This document shows positions 39,040 through 52,751 of a stretch of DNA of 64,000 bases, one piece after another (the first letter of the stretch is position 1; each line of letters starts with the position of its first letter). The DNA is from Eledone cirrhosa. Lineage: Eukaryota. The stretch spans positions 51,584,001 to 51,648,000 of the forward strand of contig OZ024749.1 in the NCBI GenBank assembly GCA_964016885.1, given 5' to 3'. The translations under genes and the position numbers were made by a program. Under the pieces are notes generated by a model. It worked only from the letters and a program-made list of their open reading frames with translations, was not told where the DNA came from and did no database searches.

Positions 39040-39325
39040 ATAAGCTGTAGTGTGTGGGAGAGAAGACTGCGTTGGTATGGACATGTGATGTGCATGGTGG
39101 ATGACCGCTGGGTAAAAAAGTGCCAAGAAATCCCAGTAGAAGAAAGACACAGTAGAGGAAGACCACGAACATCATGGGCGGAGGTGGTGAGAGCTAGCCT
39201 AAGATCACTGAAGCTCATGGAGGAGATGACGAAAGACTGTGATGAATGGAAAGATGCTGTGCTGAATAGGACCTGTTCCTCCCTTGCAAGCAGGGAAAAG
39301 CGGACGTAAAATAATGATGATGATA
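39040..39325 (+). mobile_element. RTE-clade LINE 3' end (ORF2 C-terminus + tail)
   Basis: RRLRWYGHVMCM...RGRPRTSWAEVV...DEWKDAV; tail CGGACGTAAAATAATGATGATGA. Confidence 0.85.
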
Positions 39326-40084
39326 TATATCGTCAATCGATCGACTTTCGTCAAATCGGACCTAGGAAACAATGTTTCCATGGGTCTTTCCAATTGTTAA
39401 TACTATCTATTGGTCGCAACTCCAGGTAGAAGGAGTAATGTGAAATAGAGTGTCTTGCCCAAGGACATAACGCATTGCCCGATCCAGGAATCGAACTTAC
39501 AACCTCACGATTGTGAATCCAATTCTCTAACCACTTAGCCATGCGCCTTCACTATCTATCTCTCTCTCTCGCATGTAGTGTTATCTAGTGTGTGTGTGTG
39601 TGTGTGTGTTATCTTTTTATGTGTCTACGATTTAGTAAGCAGTCAAAATTCTGCTTGCCCCAAAGCTGTCGTGTGTTTGTGTGTATGTGTTTGTGTTTGT
39701 GTGTATGTGTGTGTGTGTTATCTTTTTTTGTGTCTATACGTTTTAGTAAGCAGCCAAAATTCTGCTTGCTTCAACCGACGCAATTGATCAACTCAAGATT
39801 ATATAAGGCATGCACTGCATACGTTGCATGCATGGACCCTTCACCCCTGATAGGTAGATAGATAGATAGATGAACTGGTAGATAGATAGATAGATAGATG
39901 GATAGATGGTTAGGTAGATAGAGAAAGACACATGCACTCACAGAGATAAATAGACAGATAGAGAGAGAGAGACATTTGCACTCCCCCTCGCCCCCACACA
40001 TCACACTTCATACTCGCAAGCGGACAGGTAGGTCCACATTAGTATTCTCTAGTTCGCCCCTCCCCACAGAAGCACACCCACACA

Positions 40085-40862
40085 CTCACAGACATACATA
40101 TACAGACACACACAAGTACACACTCGTACAGACACACAGAGTGACATTCACATACAAGCACACATATACATACACACACACATATACACACATACACGCA
40201 TACACATATACATACACAGACTCACATACATATACATACGTACACATACATGCATACACACACACACATACACACACACATACATACATATACACACACA
40301 TACACATACACACACATACATGCACATATACACACACACCTGTAGAGATTAACAATAGTTTTCTATGTGGAACATTTTTGTTGTTGTTTCTATTGGTTTT
40401 GATTGGAGGAGGAGGTGGTGGTGGTGGTTGTGGTGGTGATGATGGTGGTGAGGGAGTGAGTGAGGGGTGGTGGTGGTGAGAGAGTGAGTGGTGGTGGTGG
40501 TGATGATGATGATGATGATGGTTGTGGTGGTGGTGACGATGGTGGTGGTGGTGGTGAGGGAGTGAGTGGTGGTGGTGGTGGTGGTGATGATGATGGTTGT
40601 GGTGGTGGTGACGATGGTGGTAGTGGTGGTGAGGGAGTGAGTGGTGATGATGATGATGATGGTTGTGGTGGTGGTGACGATGGTGGTGGTGGTGGTGAGG
40701 GAGTGAGTGGTGGTGGTGGTGGTGATGATGATGGTTGTGGTGGTGGTGGTGAGGGAGTGAGTGGTGATGATGGTGATGGTGGTGGTGGTGATGATGGTGA
40801 TGGTGGTGGTGGTGGTGAGGGAGTGAGTGGTGGTGGTGGTGGTCGTGGGGGAGTGAGTGGTC
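40085..40862. repeat. (CA/TA)n tract followed by a (GGT/GAT)n array with recurrent GAGGGAGTGAGT spacer
   Basis: Directly visible. Confidence 0.95.
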
Positions 40863-43581
40863 AAAGTTGGTCTGCAATAGAAACTAATGATCGATACAAC
40901 ATTATCAGCTTCCTTATTTGTTGCCATTTGAAAGAAGCAACAAACAAATCAATCACTCATTCAATGTTGTCGTCTGCTTCGATGCTGACATTTTAGCTGA
41001 ACAAAGCTCAATAAAGATTTTAAAATTATCTTACATTCTTCCTGCTCTTCTCTTGTTAAATCTTCTTATTCTTTCCATAACGACCTCCATAAAAGAAGAG
41101 AAGAAAATCAACTTTGCTGTCATTTTTTTTCTTCTCCGTTAACTTACTCTCCTATATAAATAATCTGTTGTTGGAATAAGCAAGTACAGAGTGCATTTGT
41201 TTTTTGTCCGCGGGGTGCAGTCGAAACATTTCTCTGACCTAGGTGTAGAGTCTGTCACTCTCTCCTCTTTTGCCCCCCCCCTTCTGTTTTCCTTTCTTTC
41301 GTTGCTTAATAGTCCTCGCCCTTTCCCTCATTGTCCCTCTCATTTATGGCATTTATAGTCCTTTCCAATACTGTTTGCTTTTTCTGTATGTTTAACTAGA
41401 TATTAAATTCTTTATTATTTTTATGTAATTTTATCCTACCAATATATTTGAGTAATTTGAAATAAAAAATGTATAAGAAGAGAGAGAGGGGGGGGGGGGG
41501 AGAGAACTTACTTTGCTTTTCTATATAGATAATCTGATAAAGGAGGTACAGATTGCATTTGTTTGCCAGGTAATTTTTTTATATCATTACACCTGTCCCT
41601 AGAGTGGTTAATTGGCAGAATCGGTAGAGCCTCAGAGAATATGCTTTGTGGTATAGAGTAACCTTACGGCCCTTTACATTCTGAGTTCAAATCCCGTCAA
41701 GGTTAGCTTTGTTTTTCATCCTTACGGGGTTTGACAAAATAAAGTACCAGTAACGCACTGGGGTTGATTTAATCAACTTTCCTCTACGTCCAAATTGCTG
41801 GCCTTGTGCTTAAATTAGAATTGGTGGATTGGCAGTAACGGACAGTATCGATACCTTTAAAGATTTGATGAGAGTGTAGAATAGACTCAGGTGGTGAATT
41901 GGCAGAGGTTTCCTGTAATCTTTCCAACTCTATCTTTTCTGAGTTCGAATCCCGCCAAGGTCAACTTTGTCTTTCATACTTTTGAGGTCGATAAAAAAAG
42001 TACCAGTCAAGTACTGGGGTCGATTCTTCCTCTATATCTCTTTCTCACTTCCTCTTTATCCTTCTCTGGAAGAAATCTGCTGTGTTCAGACCTGGAGAGG
42101 AATGGGCTCTGCCAGGCTTAAAATGCCCAACAATCGCCATATTTCAATACGGCGCCCCTACGACTCTATCAGGGGTTTCGGGATCATGCCTGCATACAGA
42201 GTAGACCCCACCCTACCCATGGACATATTAAGATGTTTAGTAATATCTTCTTTTTGAATTTAATACCTGTATGTATAACTTTTCAATTCCAGTTATTGGG
42301 TCGTCAAGTATAAAATTTGTAGAAATTTGTAGAAATTTGTAGAAAAAAAAAACAAATTTCTACAAGCTAACTTTGAATTGTAAAATTGGGGGTTTGCTGT
42401 GTATTCTAATTTTTTGTGTATGAGCCCCCCCCCCCCTCTCCCCAACCTGAAGTGCCCCCCACCCCCTGGTCTAAATCCAACCATGATGTAATTAAGATGA
42501 AATTTCTTCAAACGAGAGTCGAAACCGAGTCGCCCATACAATTCAACAAAAACTTACCTGTTCATCTTTCAACTTCTGTCTTGTAATTTAATTATCTATT
42601 TCAAATCACCGTCTCACCTGAAACCTTTGGCAAGACCCTTAAGATTTTTTTTCATTCTTTCTTCAGAAATATTAGTTAATTACCCTTCCCCACCCCTCAC
42701 CCACACCCACACCAAATATACACCCCACCCCCACACACCCATATGTAAATTATTTTGTTTTGTAGTATTCCATCCACAAAAATTACTCAACACATACAAA
42801 CGAAGTCTACAACTTCCATTCACAAATCAATTCACAAATCAATTAATACATCTCTCTCTCTCTCTCTCTCCCTCTCTCTCTCTCTTTCTTTCTTTCTTTC
42901 TCTCTATTTATATATTTATATCTTTCCATCTCTCTCTCCTTACCTTACCACGCTCTTTACAATTGTTTCAGTTTGCTAAATAAAAAAAAAATATTAATTA
43001 ATTATATTTATATTTATATTTTTTTTATATCCTCTCAGCCAATAAGTAGCTTCTGCTTGACAAATACTTTTCCACTGCCCATCAAATCGATAATGTATCC
43101 TAATGTACCCGCCCACTAAACACTCTGCCCCGCCCACTCACAACTTCTTCAATCAAACAGTAACTGCTAAACATTTCAAAAATGTAAACATAGCAGATTT
43201 TCTTTTTATCGAACTGCCCCATCCCCACCCCACCCCACACCCCACCTACACCACATCCCCAAACAACAACAGCAACAACAACAACAACAACAACAGCAGC
43301 CCCAAAAGAAAAGAAAAATAGAAGCAGTTGTTTTGTCTTGTGTGTTTAATAATTGTAAAAATCACACACCTGCTAATTAGTTTGTATTTATCAACAAACT
43401 TAGGTATAGAAATGTTCGATGGAATAAAATGTTGTTGAAGAATCGTGAGATCGATACCTATCAGTGGTACTTACAGTAGAAGGAATATACTTCGATTTTT
43501 AGTTTGATCGAATAAAGATTAAGGATTAATGGTTGATAATTAATATTACGGTGTGATAAGTTAGAGATGTTTTGTCTCCAC

Positions 43582-44650
43582 ATAGTGTGGTGTAATGTAG
43601 TGTACTATAGTGTAGTGGTGTGGTGTGATGTAGTGTACTATAGTGTAGTGGTGTGGTGTGATGTAGTGTACTATAGTGTAGTGGTGTGGTGTGATGTAGT
43701 GTACTATAGTGTAGTGGTGTGGTGTAATGTAGTGTACTATAATGTAGTGGTGTGGTGTAATGTAGTGTACTATAGTGTAGTGGTGTGGTGTGACATAGTG
43801 TACTATAGTGTAGTGGTGTGGTGTAATGTAGTGTACTATAGTGTAGTGGTGTGGTGTAATGTAGTGTACTATAATGTAGTGGTGTGGTGTAATGTAGTGT
43901 ACTATAATGTAGTGGTGTGGTGTAATGTAGTGTACTATAGTGTAGTGGTGTGGTGTAATGTAGTGTACTATAGTGTAGTGGTGTGGTGTAATGTAGTGTA
44001 CTATAGTGTAGTGGTGTGGTGTGATGTAGTGTACTATAGTGTAGTGGTGTGGTGTGATGTAGTGTACTATAGTGTAGTGGTGTGGTGTAATGTAGTGTAC
44101 TATAGTGTAGTGGTGTGGTGTGATGTAGTGTACTATAGTGTAGTGGTGTGGTGTGATATAGTGTACTATAGTGTAGTGGTGTGGTGTAATGTAGTGTACT
44201 ATAATGTAGTGGTGTGGTGTAATGTAGTGTACTATAGTGTAGTGGTGTGACATAGTGTACTATAGTGTAGTGGTGTGACATAGTGTACTATAGTGTAGTG
44301 GTGTGGTGTGATGTAGTGTACTATAGTGTAGTGGTGTGGTGTAATGTAGTGTACTATAATGTAGTGGTGTGGTGTAATGTAGTGTACTATAGTGTAGTGG
44401 TGTGACATAGTGTACTATAGTGTAGTGGTGTGGTGTAATGTACTATAGTGTAGTGGTGTGGTGTGATATAGTGTAGTGGTGTGGTGTAATGTAGTGTACT
44501 ATAGTGTAGTGGTGTGACATAGTGTACTATAGTGTAGTGGTGTGACATAGTGTACTATAGTGTAGTGGTGTGACATAGTGTACTATAGTGTAGTGGTGTG
44601 GTGTGATATAGTGTAGTGGTGTAGTGTAGTGGTGTGGTGAGGTATAGTGA
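43582..44650. repeat. 33-bp minisatellite (TAGTGTACTATAGTGTAGTGGTGTGGTGTAATG)n, ~30 copies
   Basis: 11-aa periodicity in the ORF track; shorter 28-bp variants toward the 3' end. Confidence 0.95.
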
Positions 44651-44934
44651 TGCTATGTAGTGGTCTTCTCCGAGTTTAAATCCCGCTGAGGTTAACTTTG
44701 CCTTTCATTCATTCAAGGTCGATAAAAAAGTACCAGTCTAATACTGGGGTCAATGTTTCCTATATATCTCTTTCTCACTTCCATTCTCTCTCTAACCTTC
44801 TCTGGAAGAGATGCCCTGTAATCAGACCTGGAGAGGAGATGGGTTCCGCCAAATGTCAATATGGTTCCGACATAGGAATTATGGGACCATACCATGCCAT
44901 GCATATTACAGATCTTGCTAGACTACCACCCTTA

Positions 44935-45225
44935 CATCATCATCATCATTGCAGCCACAGTCGAACATTCCCCACAAAGTCTCTCCACCACAATTCACGA
45001 TTTACCATTGCTCTTGACAACTGCTCCCTACTGAGGTTTATATCGCCTGGGAGTTGTTCCATGAAGGTTCGAACAGGTCTTCCTCTACTGCGTCTCCCGT
45101 GAGTTGGTTCCCACACTAACAGCTTCCTACTTACTTCTCTAGTAATGTGCTTCAAGTCGTAAACATCTTTGAGCAATTGTAGTTATCTTGGACAAGTTTC
45201 CGTATAAACTTTCATTTGTAATATA
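44935..45225 (-). mobile_element. RTE/RTE-X LINE 3' fragment
   Basis: LLVWEPTHGRRSRGRPVRTFMEQL...AMVNRELWWR* followed by (TGA)n; shares sequence with 63600-63760. Confidence 0.8.
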
Positions 45226-46503
45226 TTGTTTCTACTTTTAGCACAAGGCCAGCAATTATTCCAGTGTATTACTGGTACTCTATTTTATCGACCCCGTAAG
45301 GATGAAGGGCAAATTTAACCTCGGTGGGATTTGAACTCAGGCCATAAAAGGCCGTAACTCTTTGCTGCAAAGCATGGCGTCCGACCCTCTACCGATACTG
45401 CCAATCCACCGCCAATCCACATTGACGCCAATTTATGTTTTGTACAGCCCTAAACACTTTAGTATTAATATAAGCACCACTTACCTTCTTCTCAAGTGTT
45501 TGTGTCCGGGTTCATTTACCTGGTCTAAACAACAACACTGACTCAACGTCGCCTAATATATTATGAAGAATAAGTAAAGTGATATATAAGTCTCGACCAG
45601 GAAACGAACCTACTTCACAGTCTTTACTGACTTGTTACAGTCTCAGGTCAAACGACTGTTTAAAGTTACCTCCCTTCCACACGCTGGAAGGAAGTCAAAA
45701 CTTGCAAATTGATAATTTTATTTGATGATTTTTAATTGCTTCTATATTCCACCACCACCACCATCACCACCAGGTCGTTTTTCTCAAGAGTGTGTGTGTT
45801 TGTGTGTGTGTGTGTGTGTGTGATATGTATGTGTAGGCGTGTGCCTACGTTCGTGGATATATGAGGGTATTGTGTGTGTACTGAGTGTGTGTGCCTACGT
45901 CCGTGGGTATGTATGTGTGTGTGTATTGTGTGTTCGCGTACGTCAATGTATGTGGGTTGATGTGTATGTATACCAACGTTCGTTGATATATGTATGTGTA
46001 TTTTACGTGTGTGTGTGTCTAGATCCGTGGATGTGTGTGTGTACGAGCTCTGTTAGCAGGTAAATGGCATGGAATGGAAAGAATTCTATATTTTATACAG
46101 ACCAAGGCACAATACCGGAGAATTTGGCAGGGTCCCTACTTGCGTTAAATTGTTCAAAGGAATATATTCAAACAGTTTCTAATGAAATAATTTTACTACA
46201 GAAGCGATATATAAAACAGAACTCTTTCTCCTGCATCATGTAAATATTAAAGCTATTACAAGGGTGGTGAATTAGCAGAATTGTTAGAGCGTCCGCTAAA
46301 ATGTTATTGTGGTATTTGTTCCGCCTCTTTAAACTGTGTCAAAATTCTAGAGACATTATACAGGGTTTACGAAAGTCTCTGATGTTATTTCAGAGGTCTC
46401 TGGCCATCACATACTCACTCAAATGAAACGGCATCTCGATGTTCAGAGAGCACACATAATTATTAAATAGCGAGTGCAGTGGCTGTGTTTTGGTAAAGAT
46501 ACG

Positions 46504-46564
<61 letters not shown>

Positions 46565-46613
46565 AACAAGATATCGTTTAAGGTAATCCAACCGACCATG
46601 TTATTTTTCATTC

Positions 46614-46658
<45 letters not shown>

Positions 46659-46664
46659 CTATAT

Positions 46665-47050
46665 ACTCACATCTTCCCAAGACATGGCGAACAGAATCTC
46701 TATGAGACGTTCAACAACACGGACGAGCGGACGAGAACATTGACTTCAGTGTTGAACACCCCAACGACGACGGGTCACTTGCCCTCCTCGACTTCCGAAT
46801 CAACATCACGGAACAGGGAGGGATCCACTGCAACTTCTACCGAAAGGCAGCCTGCAGGGACCTGTTCGTCCACTACAAGTCCGCCCTCCCTAACAGTGCC
46901 AAAAGAGGATACATCACGAACGAGATCGCGCGAATCAAAAACGGGATCTTGTTACCCGGAGATTTACCCATCTGCATTGTCGAGGCTTCCAAACGACTTA
47001 AAGAAATTTACCTTATTATTCCACAATGCTTCAAGCAAACTTCAATACTC
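46665..47050 (+). mobile_element. Penelope-like element reverse transcriptase fragment (C-terminal/thumb region)
   Basis: Frame from 46733 reads ENIDFSVEHPNDDGSLALLDFRINITEQGGIHCNFYRKAACRDLFVHYKSALPNSAKRGYITNEIARI, matching the PLE RT pattern NIxFTxE...LxFLD...YRK...SxHP...K. GC-rich island flanked by (TA)n. Confidence 0.75.
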
Positions 47051-47424
47051 TCTTAATATATATATATATAGCGGTGAACTGGCCGAGTCCTTACGTTAAA
47101 ACGACGTATAGAATGCTCTGCGATATTCGCTTCAGCTCTCCGAGTTCAAAGCCCCTCGAGGTCAAATTGACTTTTCCTCCTTTCGAGGTCGATATAGTCC
47201 AATCCAGTCTGGATAGTCGATTTTTCCTCTATTCTTGCTCGCTACTCTCTCTCGAAGATATCATCCCTAATATAGTTGACTAACAATGACAATAATAACA
47301 ACAAGAACAGAAACATTGTAATAAGAAATACAAAGATCCCACTTTCGGGAGACATTGTCGTAGACTGATGCGTGTTCTATAAAACATGAATTGATTATTA
47401 ATGAAATAACTATTAATATTGTCA

Positions 47425-47640
47425 TCTTAAAAAGGTAGGGAGCCAATGTATTTCCCTGGAGCCCGTGGGAGCCCCTGCATGGACACACTGGAAGAGGAAG
47501 ACCGAGGTTAACATATGTTGATGCCCTAAGGACAGACACTGGTCTCTTGGAGACGCAGGACATGGCAGCGATAATGAGGGACAGAGACCGCTGGAGAGAA
47601 CTCGTCCATGGATCACGGGAATTTTACCCGCCCTAGATAG
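47425..47640 (+). mobile_element. RTE-X-like LINE 3' fragment
   Basis: WEPLHGHTGRGRPRLTYVDALRTDTGL...MRDRDRWRELV across a frameshift. Confidence 0.7.
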
Positions 47641-50600
47641 AGATCGTCATCTTTAAAGGCGCCTGGCTGAGTGGTTAGACAATTGGATTGGTAATTGTGA
47701 GGTTGTGAGTTCAATTCTCTGACCGGGCGATGTAATATGCCCTTGAGTAAGACACTTATTCCATGTTGCTCTTTCTGCTAGTTGCGACTGGTAGATAGTT
47801 ATCATCAATGGAAAGGCAAACGGAAACATTGTTTCCTTGGTCCAATTTGACAAGTTCCACCCACTTTTTTCATATCGTTTTATCATCGTCACCTTAACCT
47901 CCAATGAAATAGCCTGCCAAAAGTAGAAACAATTATTTTGTTTTTAACTGATTTCGTACATTATATATATACACTACATTATTCTATGTTGTACATTTTA
48001 GCATTTATTTAAATGTAATTTTATGTTTTTTGAGTGCCTTTACTAGGTTAATATTTTTGTTAGACCGACGTTAAGTTGAGTCAATCAACTTAACACGTGG
48101 TTTATTTTTGCTACATAATTTTAATAAAAAAACAACCTATCTTAGAAAATGACCTAACTCGAAACGACATAATCCGAGGTATACGAAATAACGAATTGTT
48201 TTTCTAATCAGTAACTTTTTCCAATGTGAAATACATTGTTTGGGGTGGTGTATGGGTAGAATGGGGGAGTTTATATAATATTCTTTATTTTTTTTCCGTC
48301 TGCAATTAAAAACAATTGGGGGTGTACCATGTTCTTGTTTTTTGTCTGGAACTAAAACCAATAAATTTAAGAAGTCACACAGTTATCTTATATATAATGT
48401 ATATATGTGATTTTATGTGTACATACATATACACATATACATACAATCTCTTTCTTCCCACCTCTCTCCTTGCTTATGTATGTATGTATGTATGTGTGTG
48501 TATATATATATATAATGTGTGTGTACGTATACATAAATCTCGCTCTCTCTTCCTGTTTGTGTGTTATATGTGTACACGCTTGGCAGTATTGGTAGAGGGT
48601 CGGACACCATGCTTTGCAGCATAGAGTTACGCCCCTTTACGGTCTGAGTTCAAATCCCGCCGAGGTTAACTTTGCCTTTCATCCTTATGGAGTCGATAAA
48701 ATAAAGTACCAGTAATACACTAGGGTAATTGCCGGCCTTGTGCCAAAAGTAGAAACAATTATTATATGAGGGATCCACCAAACCTGACCTACCCTTAGCC
48801 TCTCCTCCAAGATCTAAATCTGGTCTTATATATGTGTGTACGTGATGTCTCTCTATCCCCCCTCTCTCTTACATTGTACAGTAAAATTTGCAACTTAATC
48901 CATAAAATGAAGGTGTATGTTATGACGTACATGTTCGTACGTCTAAGACATTATAAAAAAATGCCATTTCCACTTCAATATATCTAATGCACATATGTTG
49001 TTATTGGTCATCTTAATAAATTAGTCATCTTTCGTACAAGAATAGTGAAACTTAAGTGAATATCTTTCTATCATGACACAGACAACCACGCATTCAATGT
49101 ACTTAATTTTTGTGTAGTAGTGACATACATAAATTTAATTAAATCTAGATCCATTCAAGCCACAGCTTCCATATTACCTATTGTATCATATGTTCAGGCA
49201 GTGAATTGTCAGAGTCGTCAGAACGTTCGATAGAATACTTTGTGGTATTTGTTCTGCCTCTCTGATCTCTGAGTTCAAATCCCTCCGAGGTCAACTTTGC
49301 CTTTCATCCATTTGAAGTCGATAAAAAAAGTACCAGTCGAGTACTGGGGTCGATTCTTCTTCTATATCTCATATTTCCGCCGTCCATTCGCTCACTTTTT
49401 TTTATCCTTCTCTGGAAGAAATCTGCTGTGTTCAGATCTGTATAAAAACGTTTTGAATAGTTTTTCAGTCCTAAGTCTAAAATCTGTCATCAGGCTGCTA
49501 CTTATAACTGTTTCCATGACGTGAAGCGACTGAGAGTAGAAGACTGCCCCCTGGACAGGACGCCAGTCCATCGCGGTATTAAAGTCTCTGTCTCCAGCCT
49601 GGCGACTCATCAGGCCGGTACTTATACCACTTCCGGAGCGTGAAGCGACAGAAAATACAAGTCTTTCCCACTGGACAGGAGGCCATTCCATCGCAGAGTT
49701 AAACCCCTAGCTCTTGCTGCTGGTACTCATTTTCAGCTGAGTATACTCGAGCAACGTGAAATGAAGTGTTTTGCTTAAGAAGATAACACAACGCACAAAA
49801 CATTCCAGGAATCGAACCTACGATATTATAATCGTAAGTCGAACACCCTTACCATAAGGCCACGGCTAGTGATTAATTTAATTGTTTCTACTTTTGGCAC
49901 AAGGCCAGCAATTGCCCAGTACATTACTGGTACTTTATTTTATCGACCTCGTAAGGATGAAAGGAAAAGTTAACCTCGACGGGATTTGAACTCAGACCAT
50001 AAAGGGCAAAGCATTGCGTCTGAGACTCTACCGATACTGCCATAATTTAATAAGGAATAAGTATAATCGTACGCCGGCGGTGATAACACGTTCGAACGTC
50101 TGCTATTAAGAGAAGAAGAAAGATATAAATGTAATATGTCTTTACTGTATTATGTGTAATAGTAGAGATTCTTGGGATTTCCCGACAGAAAAATCTCTCA
50201 TGTAATCAGCTGGTTTTAAACAATATAGACAATAATGCAGAACAATGTTTGTTGCCTTGAAGAAAAATAGATATTAGACATGATTTAATATTCAACAATC
50301 AGTTGCCGATATGTATCCAGCTGCATTTCATTAAATAGATCACGGATTGGGGAATGGCTTAATCTAAGAAGTTAAGAAGAAAAACAACGCTATTAATTGT
50401 CTAAACAATATGAAGGATTTTACCTTTCAAAAACATAAATAATTGTTTCTACTTTTGGCACAAGGCCAGCAATTACTCCAGTGGGTGACTGGTACTTTAT
50501 TTTATCGACCCCGTAAGGATGAAAGGCAAAGTTAACCTTGGCGGGATTTGAACTCAGATCATAAAGGGACGTAACTCTATGTGGAAAAGCACGGCGTCCG

Positions 50601-51288
50601 AACCTCTACCGATACTGCCAATCCACCGCCCCAAAACATAAATAATGGTACCTGATTTTGGCAAAAGGCCAACAATTTTAGGAGAGGGAATTTAGTATTA
50701 TTTTCTAACTAGTCAATCCCACCATTAAAATTGACGATTCACATATATATTAGTTTGGATTTAGACACAAGACTGTCAATTATTTGGGGGAGGGGAAAAG
50801 TCGATTAAATCAACCCAAGTGCGTTACTGCCACTTCATTTTATCGACCCTGTGAGGATGAAAAGCAAAGCTAACCTGGGCAGGATTTGAACTCTGAACGT
50901 AAAGGTCCGTAATTCTATACTTCGAAGCATGCTGTCCGACGTTCGACCGGTTCTGCCAAAATACCGTCCTTGGATTTTTTAATGGTTTCTGATTTAGGCA
51001 TAAGGCCAACAATTTTAGGGGAGGGTAAATCGACCCCAGTGCGCTACTGGTGCTAGCAGTCACTAGGTGACCATTGTTGTGGTGAGGTCAAGCGAGAACG
51101 AAGAGAGCCGTTGCTGTTTGGTTTACCTTTTATAACCGAGAGTGACATCTTGTAACCTTTGTTAAATTTGGATTGGAAATGACGAATATCAAATATGTTA
51201 CAAAAATACGCTATATTTCCTTACAATAACAAAGCTTACTTGACCCCAGAGCATGATTTCGCTATATATATATATATATATATATATA

Positions 51289-51607
51289 TAGGAAAAACAG
51301 GTGAAAGTGAAAGTTGAGAGAGACAAAGATGAAAACAAAACAAAGGTAGAAGGGTTACCGTAGTAGAGATTTAATCCCAATATTTCGGGCTCACGCCCAT
51401 CAACGGGGGAAAAGTTCCAAAAGGGGGGAAAACAGGCCAAGCGGAGAAAGTGGTGATGTCGTTAAGGACATCACCACTCGGGCTCACCCCCGTTGATGGG
51501 CGTGAGCCCGAAATATTGGGATTAAATCTCTACTACGGTAACCCTTCTACCTTTGTTTTGTTTTCATCTTTGTCTCTCTCAACTTTCACTTTCACCTGTT
51601 TTTCCTA
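51289..51607. repeat. Long inverted repeat (~120-bp arms) with inner hairpin, between (TA)n tracts
   Basis: Arms ~51289-51408 / 51487-51607; inner AGTGGTGATGTC-GTTAAG-GACATCACCACT. Confidence 0.9.
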
Positions 51608-51648
51608 TCTATATTTCACTTCCTACCTCGAGATTTCCCTTTGCATTG

Positions 51649-51707
<59 letters not shown>

Positions 51708-52212
51708 TACTGTATACCTTTAGATATACGAAATTCATATGCATGTATGTATATATACAGCTATGCCGGAGCTAAATTTTAATATATATATATATATACC
51801 GCATCATGGGTGGATGTTTTTCTTCGTTTGGTGAATATTTATAAAAAGAAATTCCAATGTTAGATGATAACAAGGCTCATTTAAAGTTAATGTGTTTATG
51901 TGCAACAGGTTAAACCAAATGAACAATTTTCTGAACAGAGGGAAACTTTCTTTTTAATAGTTTAGGAGACAAAAGAGTTTAGGATGAAGCAAATATTTTC
52001 TTTAAATTACTGCAGTGAAGATTGTCTTTGGACAAGCTGTTGTAGAGGGAATAAGTGTTGTTTGTTTAATAAGTTACAAGAAAGCAAGCGAAACATAGAC
52101 TCGTATGTATGTTATTTTAATAAATATTTGCTCTACGGTTCTTATATATTTGATGTATATTTATCCTTATCGAGCCCTCTTTGGATTTTAGTCTAATTTA
52201 TTATTATTATTA

Positions 52213-52271
<59 letters not shown>

Positions 52272-52585
52272 ACATCCCTCTTGATTACAGTGGGAAAACA
52301 TTTTTTTTTTTCAATCTTTTATTTTTTTCGTGAGCTATCAACTAATCTAACCTCCAAGACGCTCGCAATCGACCCCCCCCCCCCCGAAATGTAAAAAAAA
52401 AAAAATGATCATTCGTTTTTTTTTTATTATTTTGAACTGTCCGAGTTCAAATCCCGCCAAGGTTAGCTTTGCCTTTCATCCTTACGGGGGTCAATAAAAT
52501 AAAGAACCAGTAATGCACTGGGTCGATTTAATTGACTTTCCTCTCTGCTAAAACTGTTGGCCTTGTGTACAAACCAGAAATCATT

Positions 52586-52751
52586 AAGGCCAGCAATTAT
52601 CCCAGTGTATTACTGGTACTTTATTTTATCGACCCCGTAAGGATGAAAGGCAAAGTTAACCTCAAATCCCGCCGAGGTTAACTTTGCCTTTCATCCTTAC
52701 GGGGTCGATAAAATAAAATACCAGTAATACACTGGGATAATTGCTGGCCTT
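52586..52751. repeat. SINE-derived hairpin, 78-bp arms, 10-nt loop
   Basis: 52586-52663 is the reverse complement of 52674-52751, with one mismatch seen. Confidence 0.9.
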
